Part shown: positions 9,199-19,710 of the stretch, one piece after another
Layout of the letters: every line of letters starts with the position of its first letter
Numbering within the stretch: position 1 is the stretch's first letter
Origin: a virus
Strand: one strand, 5' to 3'
Virus record (IMG/VR): IMGVR_UViG_3300028837_001424
Coordinates: 48,592 to 112,591 of that record
Length of the DNA stretch: 64,000 nucleotides
Notes under the pieces: model-generated
Told to the model about the DNA's origin: nothing
Databases searched by the model: none
The model's input: the letters and a program-made list of their open reading frames with translations, nothing else
Program-made: the position numbers and the translations under genes

Positions 9199-10691
9199 TG
9201 GCTCATTCTATAACGCAGTTCAAAGATAAATATAAGGGCGAGCGCTGCTTCATTATAGGGAACGGTCCAAGCCTTGCTCGAACACCACTTAGTTTAATTA
9301 AGGGAGAATACTCTATTGGCATAAACAGGATAGGGATGCGATATGATAAAACCGATTGGCGTCCCAGTCACTTCTTGTGTGTTACTCAATGGGTAAAGAA
9401 GGACGATTATCGGGCAGATGTACTAAAATCAATCGATCTTGGCATACCTTGTTTTATAGGCGAACGTATTAGACACTTTATTAATCGGGAAGATGAAAAC
9501 ATCACTTGGGTTGATTGTACTTTTCCACACGCGGATGAATCGTATGACATAAACAAAACAAGTCTAAAGTGGTGGCTTAGAGATATATCAGATGGGATAT
9601 TGAATTATTATTCGAATGCAACATTTGCAGCAACGAAGCTGGCGGTTTATATGGGTTTTAATCCGTTAATTTTTGTCGGTTGTGATTTGGGCTGGAAAGG
9701 TTTAAATTATTTGGAATACGGCCTAGACCATGATCATTTTGATAATCGTTATGAAGACGCAACTTTTGAAAAACCCGCTGACCATTGGGACAAATTCAAT
9801 CCTGATGCAATTCGAGCGCACGAGATTATAAGAGTTTGTACAAAGAGTATAGGGGTAGATGTTTACAATGCCACTTTGGGCGGCGAGCTTGAAGTATATC
9901 CAAGAGTTAATTTTTTGAAGACGGCCATGAAGATTTCTGAACCGCAACCCAAGGGGCTTGATGTGAAAGAACTACTGGGCCAATATAAGGGAGAAAGGAT
10001 TTTCATAGTCGGCTGCTCAAAGAGTCTTACGGTAGAACAACTTGATCTTATTAAGGGCGAGTATTCGTTTGGATTAAATCGTATTGCGATGTTATACGAC
10101 GAAACCGAATGGAGGCCGACCTTTTATAAAGCGGCACCACCAGAATATTTGAGCTATAAGCCCTTTAGAGATGATGTAATCAGATCCATAGAGCTTGGAA
10201 TTCCCTCGTTCTTGTGTGTTCGCTTACGCTCACACGTAGAAAACGGCATTGAGTATGGTATTGGTGATGCATACGATAATGTTCATTATATTTCATGCAC
10301 GGCTAGGACTCATGGCGAGGATCTTGAGTGGTGGGCAACAAACTATAAAGAAGGGGGAAACGTCGGACGATATTCAAGCTCCACTTTTAGATCGGCCATG
10401 ATTGCGATCAAAATGGGTTTTGAGGAGATCGTATTTATCGGCGTAGATATGGATTATCAGATACACGAAGAGGATGGTCCTGACCCCAACCATTTTGCCC
10501 CTGACTATGTTCCAAGACTTGGGCGCTCCGATGTTCATTTAGAGGCGATTAATAAATCGTTTTTAGAGCAATATGAAAGGTTAGAGGAACAAGCCAAATT
10601 CTTGGGCATTAAGGTGATAAACGCAACAGAAGGTGGGCTACTTGAAGTTTTCCCGCGAGCCAATTTAAAAGAATTAATTAAAAGGGAATAA
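9198..10691 (+). CDS. Two-domain DUF115 / Maf / MptE-like protein
   Basis: Two copies of YKGER.FI.G...LIKGEYS.G.NRI...WRP...MGF....F.G.D...HF...Y...NAT.GG.LEV.PR. Confidence 0.75.
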   Translation: MAHSITQFKDKYKGERCFIIGNGPSLARTPLSLIKGEYSIGINRIGMRYDKTDWRPSHFLCVTQWVKKDDYRADVLKSIDLGIPCFIGERIRHFINREDENITWVDCTFPHADESYDINKTSLKWWLRDISDGILNYYSNATFAATKLAVYMGFNPLIFVGCDLGWKGLNYLEYGLDHDHFDNRYEDATFEKPADHWDKFNPDAIRAHEIIRVCTKSIGVDVYNATLGGELEVYPRVNFLKTAMKISEPQPKGLDVKELLGQYKGERIFIVGCSKSLTVEQLDLIKGEYSFGLNRIAMLYDETEWRPTFYKAAPPEYLSYKPFRDDVIRSIELGIPSFLCVRLRSHVENGIEYGIGDAYDNVHYISCTARTHGEDLEWWATNYKEGGNVGRYSSSTFRSAMIAIKMGFEEIVFIGVDMDYQIHEEDGPDPNHFAPDYVPRLGRSDVHLEAINKSFLEQYERLEEQAKFLGIKVINATEGGLLEVFPRANLKELIKRE

Positions 10692-10692
10692 A

Positions 10693-11526
10693 ATGAACAA
10701 AATTATGGGTTTCATTGAGCATTTATTGGGCTGGGAAATTGAAAAAAAGCCCAACAAAACAGAAAATCGCTTGACAAACAGGCGAATACCTATGAATAAG
10801 ATTGCGGTTATTATACCCGCCAGACTTGCATCAACGAGATTTCCTCGCAAGGCCTTGGCCGATATATATGGAAAGCCCGTGATACAAAGAGTTTACGAGG
10901 CGGCTAGCCAAGCCAAAGGTATAGCTGACGCATTTGTTGCGACGCCCGATGTTGAATTGGCAGAGGTCGTCGAATCCTTTGGTGGCAAGTATATTATGAC
11001 TGGTCCACAAGACACTTGTCTAGGAAGATGCTCGGAGGCAATGAGAGACGACGCACTTTTTGATTATTATGGGGCAGTTATTGCACAGGGCGACGAGCCT
11101 ATGTTGAAGCCCGAAATGCTTGATGTAGCAGTTGAGGCACTTGGCAAGTATGGTGTTTGTTGGTTAGTAAAAAAGATTCTGCCCCATGAAGATCCAACCG
11201 ACATCAATATGATAAAGTGTGCTTTGAATAGTAACGGCAATATTATTTATGTTTCGCGCGGGGCAATTCCTATCCCTACGCCTGAAGGAGACCATGACTT
11301 TATACCAACTTATTATAAACAAGTAGGCGTAGTCGCATTTGGCAGAAGAATGCTAATCGAATTCAATAATCTTGAAAGAGGACCACTGGAGAAATGCGAG
11401 GGTATAGATTTGCTCAGATTTCTTGAGCATGGCGTAATAGTAAGTTCGGCTCTTTCGCCCTATGATACACAATCGCTTGACACCCCAGAAGATTTGGAAC
11501 GAATACTGGACATGTGGCCTAAATGA
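10693..11526 (+). CDS. kdsB: 3-deoxy-manno-octulosonate cytidylyltransferase (CMP-Kdo synthetase-like); alternative start 10792
   Basis: IIPARLASTRFPRKAL.DI.GKP, QGDEP, SRGAIP, LEKCEGIDLLRFLEHG, DTPEDL. Confidence 0.85.
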   Translation: MNKIMGFIEHLLGWEIEKKPNKTENRLTNRRIPMNKIAVIIPARLASTRFPRKALADIYGKPVIQRVYEAASQAKGIADAFVATPDVELAEVVESFGGKYIMTGPQDTCLGRCSEAMRDDALFDYYGAVIAQGDEPMLKPEMLDVAVEALGKYGVCWLVKKILPHEDPTDINMIKCALNSNGNIIYVSRGAIPIPTPEGDHDFIPTYYKQVGVVAFGRRMLIEFNNLERGPLEKCEGIDLLRFLEHGVIVSSALSPYDTQSLDTPEDLERILDMWPK

Positions 11527-12335
11527 ATAATAGAGTTGCAGCCATCATTGTTAATTATAATATGCCCGAAAGAACAGATGCCTTATGTTCTTATATAAAG
11601 GTACATGTTAAATGGCCCTACGATCTTATTGTTGTAGATAATGGTAGTGATCCAAAATATCCGTCCGAATGGACTACCGTTAAGCTTCAACAAAATGTAC
11701 AAACAACAAATGGCTGGTTGTGTGGTGTTGCCTATGCAAAAGGATTAGCTAGTATGCGCAAGGAGCCTTATTTGGGCTACTGGTTCATGATAACAAGTGC
11801 CGAGTTTGTAAAAGAAAGCAAAGACCCGCTTACGCCAATAGCGAATATATTGCTGGATATACCCGACGCGGTTGTGGCCTCGCCGGCGCTTACCAAGGAT
11901 AGCACAACTGCACATGTACAAATGATAACAAGAGGAGGCAACGACCCAAGACGCACATGGCTACTTGATAACATTGCTGCGTTATGGAGGGCAGATTGGC
12001 TCGATTCCATTGGCGGTTTCCCGCCAGAACTTACCATGGCCTGGGGTTGTGATTTTGAAACCTGTTATCTTGCAAGAAAGGCTGGCAAAAGTATCTGGAT
12101 ACACGAGGGCACGCGTGTCAAAAAAATAAGTGACATAGGTTACACAATGGATCGCATGGGAATGACCGCTGAGGAGAGAGGCCCTATGGCCGGTCTTGAA
12201 ATGAGGAATTATCTTGTGCCTAAATACGGCGAAGATTATGACGCAAGACTTCATAAGGAATACACAGACCCAAAATGGTGTAGTCGTGTTACAAGGATAA
12301 ATGAATGGCAGCCTTCTGCCGATAAGGAGAATTAA
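11523..12335 (+). CDS. Glycosyltransferase family 2
   Basis: AIIVNYN, IVVDNGSD, IGGFP..AWGCDFE. Confidence 0.75.
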   Translation: MNNRVAAIIVNYNMPERTDALCSYIKVHVKWPYDLIVVDNGSDPKYPSEWTTVKLQQNVQTTNGWLCGVAYAKGLASMRKEPYLGYWFMITSAEFVKESKDPLTPIANILLDIPDAVVASPALTKDSTTAHVQMITRGGNDPRRTWLLDNIAALWRADWLDSIGGFPPELTMAWGCDFETCYLARKAGKSIWIHEGTRVKKISDIGYTMDRMGMTAEERGPMAGLEMRNYLVPKYGEDYDARLHKEYTDPKWCSRVTRINEWQPSADKEN

Positions 12336-12336
12336 A

Positions 12337-13203
12337 ATGGCCAAAGACCCTGCAGTGGGACCTATTACTAGATATGACAAATTCGGGAACGCAAGAGTTG
12401 ATCGAGGAGAGGCACTACCCGTTGTTCCAGTAGAGGAAGTAATTGAGTATGCTCCCGAAAAGAAGGACATGAAGACGATCATTTTGGCTGGCGGTCATGG
12501 TACTAGATTGCAGGATGAAACCGAGGGGAAGATCCCTAAGCCATTGGTAAAGATTGGCCTAATGACAATGCTTCAACACATCATTTACCTTTATGAAGGC
12601 CAAGGCAATAGCCAGTTCATAGTGGCGGGTGGCTATAAGGCAGACGCGTTGTTGAAATGGCGAGAAGAATTGCATGATGTGTTTGGGCATCGTGAATTAA
12701 ATGTTCTTATAACCGATACTGGCGTAGAGACGCAGACTGGTGGCCGGCTTCTACGTTTAAAATATTACTTGTCTAAACCGTTCATGATGACCTATGGCGA
12801 TGGCTTGTCTGATATAAATTTATCGGCGCTTGCGGAGTTTCATGATCGAATGGTTATTGATCACAACATTCTTGTTACTTTGACTGCGGTAAGACCGCCA
12901 GCGCGCTTTGGAAATCTTGTAATCGAAAACGGTCTTGCAAAGCTATTTGTAGAAAAATCGCAGGCTACAGGTGGTTGGATCAATGGCGGTTTCTATATTA
13001 TCCAGCCAGATGCTTTGAATTTGATCAGCGGTGATTCCTGTAGATGGGAATATGATGTTTTGCCTACATTGGCAATTCAGGGAAGGCTTGCCGCATACCA
13101 GCATACTGGTTATTTTCAAATGTGCGACACATCGCGAGATCTGGAATCACTGAGAAGTATATGGGAGCTTGGAAATGCCCCATGGGCGAGGTTATTTAAA
13201 TGA
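12337..13203 (+). CDS. rfbF: Glucose-1-phosphate cytidylyltransferase
   Basis: ILAGGHGTRL..PKPLV.IG, DTGVETQTGGRL, TYGDGLSD, RPPARFG, WINGGF, QMCDT. Confidence 0.85.
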   Translation: MAKDPAVGPITRYDKFGNARVDRGEALPVVPVEEVIEYAPEKKDMKTIILAGGHGTRLQDETEGKIPKPLVKIGLMTMLQHIIYLYEGQGNSQFIVAGGYKADALLKWREELHDVFGHRELNVLITDTGVETQTGGRLLRLKYYLSKPFMMTYGDGLSDINLSALAEFHDRMVIDHNILVTLTAVRPPARFGNLVIENGLAKLFVEKSQATGGWINGGFYIIQPDALNLISGDSCRWEYDVLPTLAIQGRLAAYQHTGYFQMCDTSRDLESLRSIWELGNAPWARLFK

Positions 13204-14249
13204 CAGACGATTTGATTAAGCAATTGAAAAACCAACGAGTTTTGGTAACCGGTGCCACTGGTTTTATGGGCCAAAGGCTTGTCGATATTTTATTGAGCGC
13301 GGGAGCGTATGTAAGCGCGCTAGTACTTGACATTGATTTTGCCAGTCGGTTTTATAGAGAAACCTACATGAGTTGTCTGGCCAATCGAATAGAGAAAACC
13401 ATCACCGGTGATCTGCGCAATTACTTTGACTGTGAACGGGCAGTTGCCGAATCGAGACCTACTATCATATTTCATTTGGCGGCCATAACCCAGGTATGCG
13501 ATGCAAGCAGGATGCCTCTACAAGCGTTTGATTCGAACATTATGGGTACGGCCAATCTGCTTGAGGCGGCGCGCAAGATAGCTCCTGGAGAGATTGCAAT
13601 AGTAGTTGCTTCAAGCGATAAAGCGTTTGGTGAACCAATTGACGAGATGCCATTTAATGAAAACTCAGTACTAAACCCTATTCATCCTTACGATGTATCT
13701 AAGGCATCGGCGGATCTGGTTGCGAGATGTTACGCTTTACATTATGGAGAAAAAGTTGCCATTACTCGTTGCGGAAATGTATACGGGCCGGGCGATATCA
13801 ATTGGCAGCGCCTCATACCCGAAGCGATTAGGTGTGGCCTAACTGGTAAAACGCTGATCATTCGTAGCGATGGGTCACTGGTGAGAGAATACAATTATGT
13901 CGATGACATAATTGATGCTTACATTCGGATTGCGCTTTCACTCATGCCTTGGGGCGGTCAACCTGAGCCATGGGCGCTGGGTACATCTTGGACGGTTTCA
14001 GATAATCGAGGACGTATGAGCGTTTTAGAAATAGTAGATAAGATAAGCGCCGTCATAAATCAAGATATCAAAATTGATATATTAGGAAAAGCTCAAGACG
14101 AGACGGGAGAATTGATACTTGAATCTGGTTTAATTAGACGCAAATTGGATTGGCGACCAAAAACGGAACTGCCAGAAGGCCTACGAAAAACTACCAGATG
14201 GCTTGTCAAGCACCTAAGAAGTAGAGGTGAGGTTGTAAAAACGGTATGA
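13200..14249 (+). CDS. rfbG: CDP-glucose 4,6-dehydratase-like SDR
   Basis: VTGATGFMG, FHLAA, SSDKAFG, PYDVSK, RCGNVYGPGD. Confidence 0.8.
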   Translation: MTDDLIKQLKNQRVLVTGATGFMGQRLVDILLSAGAYVSALVLDIDFASRFYRETYMSCLANRIEKTITGDLRNYFDCERAVAESRPTIIFHLAAITQVCDASRMPLQAFDSNIMGTANLLEAARKIAPGEIAIVVASSDKAFGEPIDEMPFNENSVLNPIHPYDVSKASADLVARCYALHYGEKVAITRCGNVYGPGDINWQRLIPEAIRCGLTGKTLIIRSDGSLVREYNYVDDIIDAYIRIALSLMPWGGQPEPWALGTSWTVSDNRGRMSVLEIVDKISAVINQDIKIDILGKAQDETGELILESGLIRRKLDWRPKTELPEGLRKTTRWLVKHLRSRGEVVKTV

Positions 14250-14728
14250 ATGGTTTGATTGATGGCGTAAGTGTGACGGATCTAAAAGTTATTAAGGATG
14301 AGCGCGGGGCCGTATGGCATATGCTGCGCGCGGGCAATATGCCATTTTTTGAGCCAATGGGAGAAGTATATTTTTCAATGGTGCGTCCAAATGTTGTAAA
14401 GGCCTGGCACTGTCATAAAGCCATGAGGCTAAATTATTGCTGTGTTGTTGGAGAAATTCAATTAGGATTAGTGGATCTGAGGCTATCCAGTCCAACTTTT
14501 GGCATAGAGAATACAATATATTTAAGTGACGGAATGTTACCGAATTACAAATTAGTTAGCATACCGCCGCTTGTATGGAACGGGTTTAGAAGTCTTGCTA
14601 TAAACAACAATAGCGCGCTTATGGCCAATATGGCCACGCTTCCGCATGATCCAGAAGAAATAGTTAGAGTCCACCCTAGAGAATTTCCAGTAGATTATTA
14701 TTGGGGAGATTACGAAATAGCGGGCTAA
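14246..14728 (+). CDS. rfbC: NDP-4-keto-6-deoxyhexose 3,5-epimerase (RmlC cupin)
   Basis: DERG, EVYFS, KAWHCH, DLRLSSPTFG, IPPLVWNGF. Confidence 0.8.
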   Translation: MNGLIDGVSVTDLKVIKDERGAVWHMLRAGNMPFFEPMGEVYFSMVRPNVVKAWHCHKAMRLNYCCVVGEIQLGLVDLRLSSPTFGIENTIYLSDGMLPNYKLVSIPPLVWNGFRSLAINNNSALMANMATLPHDPEEIVRVHPREFPVDYYWGDYEIAG

Positions 14729-14801
14729 TTGCGCCCAGGCACGCAGGAGCGTGTAGGAGACGATTTTTGATGGAAAACATGATACAGGACACCTTAATCC
14801 G

Positions 14802-15167
14802 ATGATGATCATTGTAAACTGTCGGGCGCTATATTCTTGCCCATGGATTTCATATTTACTCAGTGAGCTACAACCAGCCGAAAATCAGGTTGTAGTATGC
14901 GGGATGCTCTCCGACTATGACAGCGGCAAGATTGAAGCCGCCAAAGCAGCGTTCCGAGCGATAGATTACGAGATCTGCCAGGATAATAACTTGCGTAGTC
15001 ATGTTGCAATGCTCAATCTATTGACAAATCGGCACCAGGAAAAGACGGGCGACTTCCTGCTTGTAAGCAGTATACCTGCCGATCAGGAAGCCGCCGTATC
15101 GATCGGCATGGAATATATTCAACCGGAGTTGTTCGATGTAGTTTATAAAGGATTGATTAATGGCTAA
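14802..15167 (+). CDS. Hypothetical protein (possibly degenerate HAD-like)
   Basis: LLV....DQEAA.SIGMEY resembles a HAD C-terminus; weak. Confidence 0.4.
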   Translation: MMIIVNCRALYSCPWISYLLSELQPAENQVVVCGMLSDYDSGKIEAAKAAFRAIDYEICQDNNLRSHVAMLNLLTNRHQEKTGDFLLVSSIPADQEAAVSIGMEYIQPELFDVVYKGLING

Positions 15168-16476
15168 TAAGCAATCAAGGCTTAAGCTCCAAATAGCCGG
15201 TCTGGCTGATATCTACGCCGAGAGAGAGTATCGAGGCCAGGAAGAATTCAAGGCTGGAAAAACCTATATACCTCCAAGCGGAAAAGTTGTTCGAGGCCTA
15301 GAGGCGGCGTATGGCGTAGAGGCCGTTCTTGACGGTTGGCTTACGGAGGGCCGTTGGGTTGATCAATTCGAAAAGAAACTAGCGTCTTACATCAGCGTCA
15401 GATATGCATCAATGTGTAACTCAGGATCATCGGCAAATCTATTAGCTATTAGTGCGTTGATGTCCCCCAAGTTCAAGAAGCGCCTTAAGCCTGGCGACGA
15501 GGTGATTGTTGCCGCGGCCGGCTTCCCAACAACGCTCAACCCCATCATTCAAAAAGGATTAATTCCGGTATTTGTCGATGTAGAGCTAGGGACTTATGTG
15601 CCAACCATAAAGATGATCAAGAACGCTATGACAGATAAAACGCGCGCCATCTTCTTAGCCCATACGCTCGGCAACCCAGTTTCCATTGCAAAATATTGCC
15701 AAAAATGGCAAGATACTGGCATATATTTGATTGAGGATAATTGTGACGCACTTGGCTCTACACTAAGGGGTAAGCGCACTGGCTCCTTTGGCATTATGGC
15801 GACTCACAGCTTCTATCCTGCACATCACATTACTACAGGTGAGGGCGGTGCGGTGGTTACGAATAAACCTAGCGTGAAGAAGATTGTTGAAAGCTACCGT
15901 GACTGGGGGCGAGCTTGTTGGTGTAAACCGGGCAAAGAAAATACGTGTGGCAAGCGCTTCGAGGGCAAGTTTGGAAAATTACCAGAGGGCTATGATCATA
16001 AATACGTATATTCACATATCGGCTACAATCTAAAAAGCACTGACATCCAGGCGGCCATAGGTTTAGCCCAGCTTACAAGATTAGATCAATTTAAAATGAT
16101 AAGATGCAGAAACTTCGCTTTTTTGCTAGAAATCTTAAAGGATTATAGCGATCTTATCATCTTGCCCGAAGCAACCAAAAACTCTGAGCCATCGTGGTTT
16201 GGTTTTCCCATCACGATACGACCAAAAGCGCCGTTTGCTCGCAAAGAAATGATTGAGTATCTCAACAGGCGCAAGATTGGAACGCGTCTTTTATTCGGAG
16301 GCAATTTATTAAAGCAGCCAGCTTATGAGGGTATAAAGTATCGCCATTTTTCAAGACTAAAAAACTCAAACCTAATCGCTAGCAATACTTTTTGGATAGG
16401 ATGTTGGCCGGGCATTGACGATGCAAGATTAACTTTCATGGCCGAAGTTCTCCGGGCATTCTTGGAGCAATTTTAA
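15160..16476 (+). CDS. rfbH: CDP-4-keto-6-deoxyglucose 3-dehydrase (E1, DdhC/RfbH)
   Basis: NSGSSANL, GFPTT.NP, EDNCDALGS, SFYPAHHITTGEGG (His replaces the Schiff-base Lys), WGRACWC..NTCGKRF Cys cluster, YDHKY.YSHIGYNLK. Confidence 0.9.
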   Translation: MANKQSRLKLQIAGLADIYAEREYRGQEEFKAGKTYIPPSGKVVRGLEAAYGVEAVLDGWLTEGRWVDQFEKKLASYISVRYASMCNSGSSANLLAISALMSPKFKKRLKPGDEVIVAAAGFPTTLNPIIQKGLIPVFVDVELGTYVPTIKMIKNAMTDKTRAIFLAHTLGNPVSIAKYCQKWQDTGIYLIEDNCDALGSTLRGKRTGSFGIMATHSFYPAHHITTGEGGAVVTNKPSVKKIVESYRDWGRACWCKPGKENTCGKRFEGKFGKLPEGYDHKYVYSHIGYNLKSTDIQAAIGLAQLTRLDQFKMIRCRNFAFLLEILKDYSDLIILPEATKNSEPSWFGFPITIRPKAPFARKEMIEYLNRRKIGTRLLFGGNLLKQPAYEGIKYRHFSRLKNSNLIASNTFWIGCWPGIDDARLTFMAEVLRAFLEQF

Positions 16477-17531
16477 TGACTTCATACAAAATAGATCTCT
16501 TAGCAACTCATGGAAGTCCATTGGGTGTGACACCGCCAGACATTTATGGACACGGTGTTGGGGGTGCCGAATTAGCCATGATGACTCTAATGCAAACATT
16601 TGCCGAGAGGGGCCATCAGGTGCGCGTTTTCAATGACCCAAAGAAACCTGGGGAATATGATGGTGTGCAATATCTATTCCGTAATCAATTTAAGCCAAAA
16701 GATAAAAGGGATGTTCTTATTCCATTTAGACAACCCAACGCATTAGTTAAGGCTTCCCGTGCCGCAAAGGGAAAATTTTGGTGGTCCACTGATCAATACA
16801 CAATTGGAGATTACGCGAAGTTTTCAAAGGTAGTTGATTTTTGCGTAACGATTAGCCCACATCATACTGAGTACCATAAAAACCGTTATGGTATACCGGA
16901 TGAAAAAATAGGCCATATCGACTTAGGAGTTCGCCTTGCAGACTACGACATTAAAGTAGATAAAGTTCCAGGCAGAATGATATTTTGTAGCGTACCGGCC
17001 AGAGGTCTTATGATCCTTCACTCGGCATGGCCACTTATACGGCGAAAAGCGCCGAAGGCGACTCTGGTTATAACAAGCGATTATGCTCTTTGGGGAGCAG
17101 GCGGCGGAGGGACTGCTAAATGGCGGATTCATTGGGTTGGGATGGAGGGCGTAAATTATGTCGGAAATGTTCCTCGTCGCGAGCTTATCAAATACCAACT
17201 AGAGGCCGAGGTTTTACCATATACTTGTACATATGACGAGCTATTTTGTCTCTCAGTCGCGGAGTGTCAAGTTGCCGGCGCAATGCCTGTTACTACAGAT
17301 GCGTCGGCACTTAAAACCACAAATCAATTCGGAATAAAGGTTTCTGGAGATCCTACAACGCCTCAGTTTGTAGAGGAGTTTTCTGATCGAGTAGCCGCGC
17401 TCGTTACTACAGAGAGACAATTTCTAGAAGCCAGACGCGCAAGCATGATTGCGGCTGCCAAGTCTCGATTTGATTGGCATGTAATTGCCGAAAAGTGGGA
17501 AAAACTGTTTGAGGATGGGAGGATTAAGTGA
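16476..17531 (+). CDS. Glycosyltransferase family 4 (GT-B)
   Basis: GVGGAE, ELFCLSVAECQVAG, RFDWHVIAEKW. Confidence 0.8.
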   Translation: MTSYKIDLLATHGSPLGVTPPDIYGHGVGGAELAMMTLMQTFAERGHQVRVFNDPKKPGEYDGVQYLFRNQFKPKDKRDVLIPFRQPNALVKASRAAKGKFWWSTDQYTIGDYAKFSKVVDFCVTISPHHTEYHKNRYGIPDEKIGHIDLGVRLADYDIKVDKVPGRMIFCSVPARGLMILHSAWPLIRRKAPKATLVITSDYALWGAGGGGTAKWRIHWVGMEGVNYVGNVPRRELIKYQLEAEVLPYTCTYDELFCLSVAECQVAGAMPVTTDASALKTTNQFGIKVSGDPTTPQFVEEFSDRVAALVTTERQFLEARRASMIAAAKSRFDWHVIAEKWEKLFEDGRIK

Positions 17532-18814
17532 TTTTATTTATTAGCGACTTCGATTTTAGGGGTTCGGGATATCTGCACATAGCAACAAGCTTGTGCAACG
17601 AGTTGGCGACTAGACATGGTAGAAAAGTTACTGCGTTGGGCATCGGCTACGACCGATCACAACACAATTGGCCCTTTTCGATTATTCCAGTTCGTCAGCG
17701 CGAATGGGGAAGACATATTCCAGCCATGGTCCATAACTTTATCCAGATGGGGAAATCTGGCCAATGGGATGAAGTAGAGGCGATTGTTGTTGCCTTAGAT
17801 ATTCCTATGCACGCAAATATGATGAAGATCAAAAGGGAAAACACGCCCTATATAGGCATCTTTCCAATTGAGAGCGGCCCTTTATGCAATACATGGGACT
17901 TTGCTATTGGTCACATGAGCGAACGATTAGTGATTAGCGAGTTCGGAAAGCATATGATTGACGAGTCTGGCACCAATACCTCCGTTTATATACCTATAGG
18001 AATCGATTCAACATCTTGGCGTATGCCATCGGATGTAGAAAGGAAGGCAATTAGGAAAGGGATGGGTTATGATGAAGATCAGTTTGTGGTTCTGACGGTT
18101 GCCGATAATCAAGAGCGCAAAAACTTGAGCATAGCGGCAGATGTTATAGAGCGCCTCAAAAAACATTTAAACGTGAGGTGGTCGTTGGTGACTCGAATCA
18201 ACTGTCCAGTAGGCTGGAAGCTCGACGATCTCATGCATCAATTCGACATAATTGATCAAGTAGATAAATATGATAAGGGACTGGCGTTTGATCGGCTATG
18301 GATGCTATATGCTTCAGCAGACGCATTCCTGTTGACGAGCAAGGCCGAGGGGCTTTGTTTACCAATCCTAGAAGCAATGGCAACTGGGTTGCCAGTTGTG
18401 GCAACCTCTTGTACCGCAATTCCCGAACACATTTGGGAAGATCCTGATTGGAGTCGCTGTAGTGATGGTATCTGGCACAAAGGAAAGCCACGAGGCCGAA
18501 GAGGCTATGGTTTGAACGTGGAATACACAACTATTGATCCTTGGGGTAACTCCGTTAGAAGCTTTCCAGATCCCAAGCACGCCGTAAAATTGCTAAGGAA
18601 GATCGCCAAGATGAAGCCGTCTCAAAAGCAGGATTTCATTCAACCAGGTAGGGACTATGCCGTTGGTCGAACTTGGCAACGAGCAGGAAATGTACTGGAA
18701 GAGACGCTCAAACGGGTGATCAAAAAGGCGCAACCAAAAGATGAGCCTGGAACTGTGATACCATCATCACAGCCAAGGGTGATACCCGAAATAACAGAGG
18801 AGAATTCGGTATGA
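17528..18814 (+). CDS. Glycosyltransferase family 4 (GT-B)
   Basis: NQERKN, LYASADAFLLTSKAEGLCLPILEAMATGLPVV. Confidence 0.85.
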   Translation: MILFISDFDFRGSGYLHIATSLCNELATRHGRKVTALGIGYDRSQHNWPFSIIPVRQREWGRHIPAMVHNFIQMGKSGQWDEVEAIVVALDIPMHANMMKIKRENTPYIGIFPIESGPLCNTWDFAIGHMSERLVISEFGKHMIDESGTNTSVYIPIGIDSTSWRMPSDVERKAIRKGMGYDEDQFVVLTVADNQERKNLSIAADVIERLKKHLNVRWSLVTRINCPVGWKLDDLMHQFDIIDQVDKYDKGLAFDRLWMLYASADAFLLTSKAEGLCLPILEAMATGLPVVATSCTAIPEHIWEDPDWSRCSDGIWHKGKPRGRRGYGLNVEYTTIDPWGNSVRSFPDPKHAVKLLRKIAKMKPSQKQDFIQPGRDYAVGRTWQRAGNVLEETLKRVIKKAQPKDEPGTVIPSSQPRVIPEITEENSV

Positions 18815-19710
18815 GCAAGCGCACAAGGGCAAGAAAGCCAAAACAGGGAAGAGCAAGAAAGAAACAAGGACCAGCGCCGAAAACATTGGTTGATATCTGT
18901 ATGCTGGTCTTTGGTGAGTGGGGGTTACTCTCAAAAGCTATCAGGGCGATTCCGGCTGCAGCCGAGGGGCTGAATGCCAGCTATCGAGTCATAGTCGTCG
19001 ATAATGGCACACCTGATTGGGAGACTGAGGAAAAGGAAATTGTAACGGCCAAGGAACAATCAGCACCAATTAAGGAACTGCTTAGGCCACAGGACATCTT
19101 TTTTAGGCTCGATGAAAACAAGGGCTTCCCCGGTGGTTACAACGTCGCGGTCGGCAAGGGGCGCTCGCCGCTTATTCTCATCTTGACTTCAGACGTTTTC
19201 CTGTTTCCTGGCGCGATTACAAAACTTGTTAGCGTTCTGGACGATCCTGAAGTTGGTATCGCAAGCCCGATGTTGCTCTATCCAGCGGACGAATCTCCCC
19301 ACGGGCCTCCTGGTAGCGTGCAGCATGCCGGCATTGGATTCGATATTCGAGGCGATCCCTATCATATTTTCATGGGTTGGCAGCCAGATCATGAGAAGGT
19401 AAATCAGCGTAGAGAGTTACAAGCGGTTACGGGAGCATGTATTCTAACTCGGCGTGCTTTATGGCAAAGAATAGGCGGCTTCTCTGAGCTTTATAATCAG
19501 GGAACATTTGAGGATATGGAGCTTGCATTTGCCATCCGCCAAATGGGCTACAAAATAATTTTCGAGCCAAGCGCGCGAGGTGAACACTATGTTGGAGGTT
19601 CCATAAAACATGGTGCTATGAGGCCGGGTTTTAATCTCGCATTAAATTCAACAATTTTCCGTGGCCGTTGGGCACCATCTCTGAAATGGGATACTTATCG
19701 ATTTTATTGA
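18811..19710 (+). CDS. Glycosyltransferase family 2
   Basis: VVDNG, NKGFPGGYN, VQHAG, AVTGAC, IGGFSELYNQGTFEDMEL. Confidence 0.85.
   Translation: MSKRTRARKPKQGRARKKQGPAPKTLVDICMLVFGEWGLLSKAIRAIPAAAEGLNASYRVIVVDNGTPDWETEEKEIVTAKEQSAPIKELLRPQDIFFRLDENKGFPGGYNVAVGKGRSPLILILTSDVFLFPGAITKLVSVLDDPEVGIASPMLLYPADESPHGPPGSVQHAGIGFDIRGDPYHIFMGWQPDHEKVNQRRELQAVTGACILTRRALWQRIGGFSELYNQGTFEDMELAFAIRQMGYKIIFEPSARGEHYVGGSIKHGAMRPGFNLALNSTIFRGRWAPSLKWDTYRFY

Noticed and set aside
1083-19710. Host chromosomal O-antigen locus
   Set aside because: No flippase, polymerase or ABC exporter; flanked by and sharing paralogous modules with virion genes
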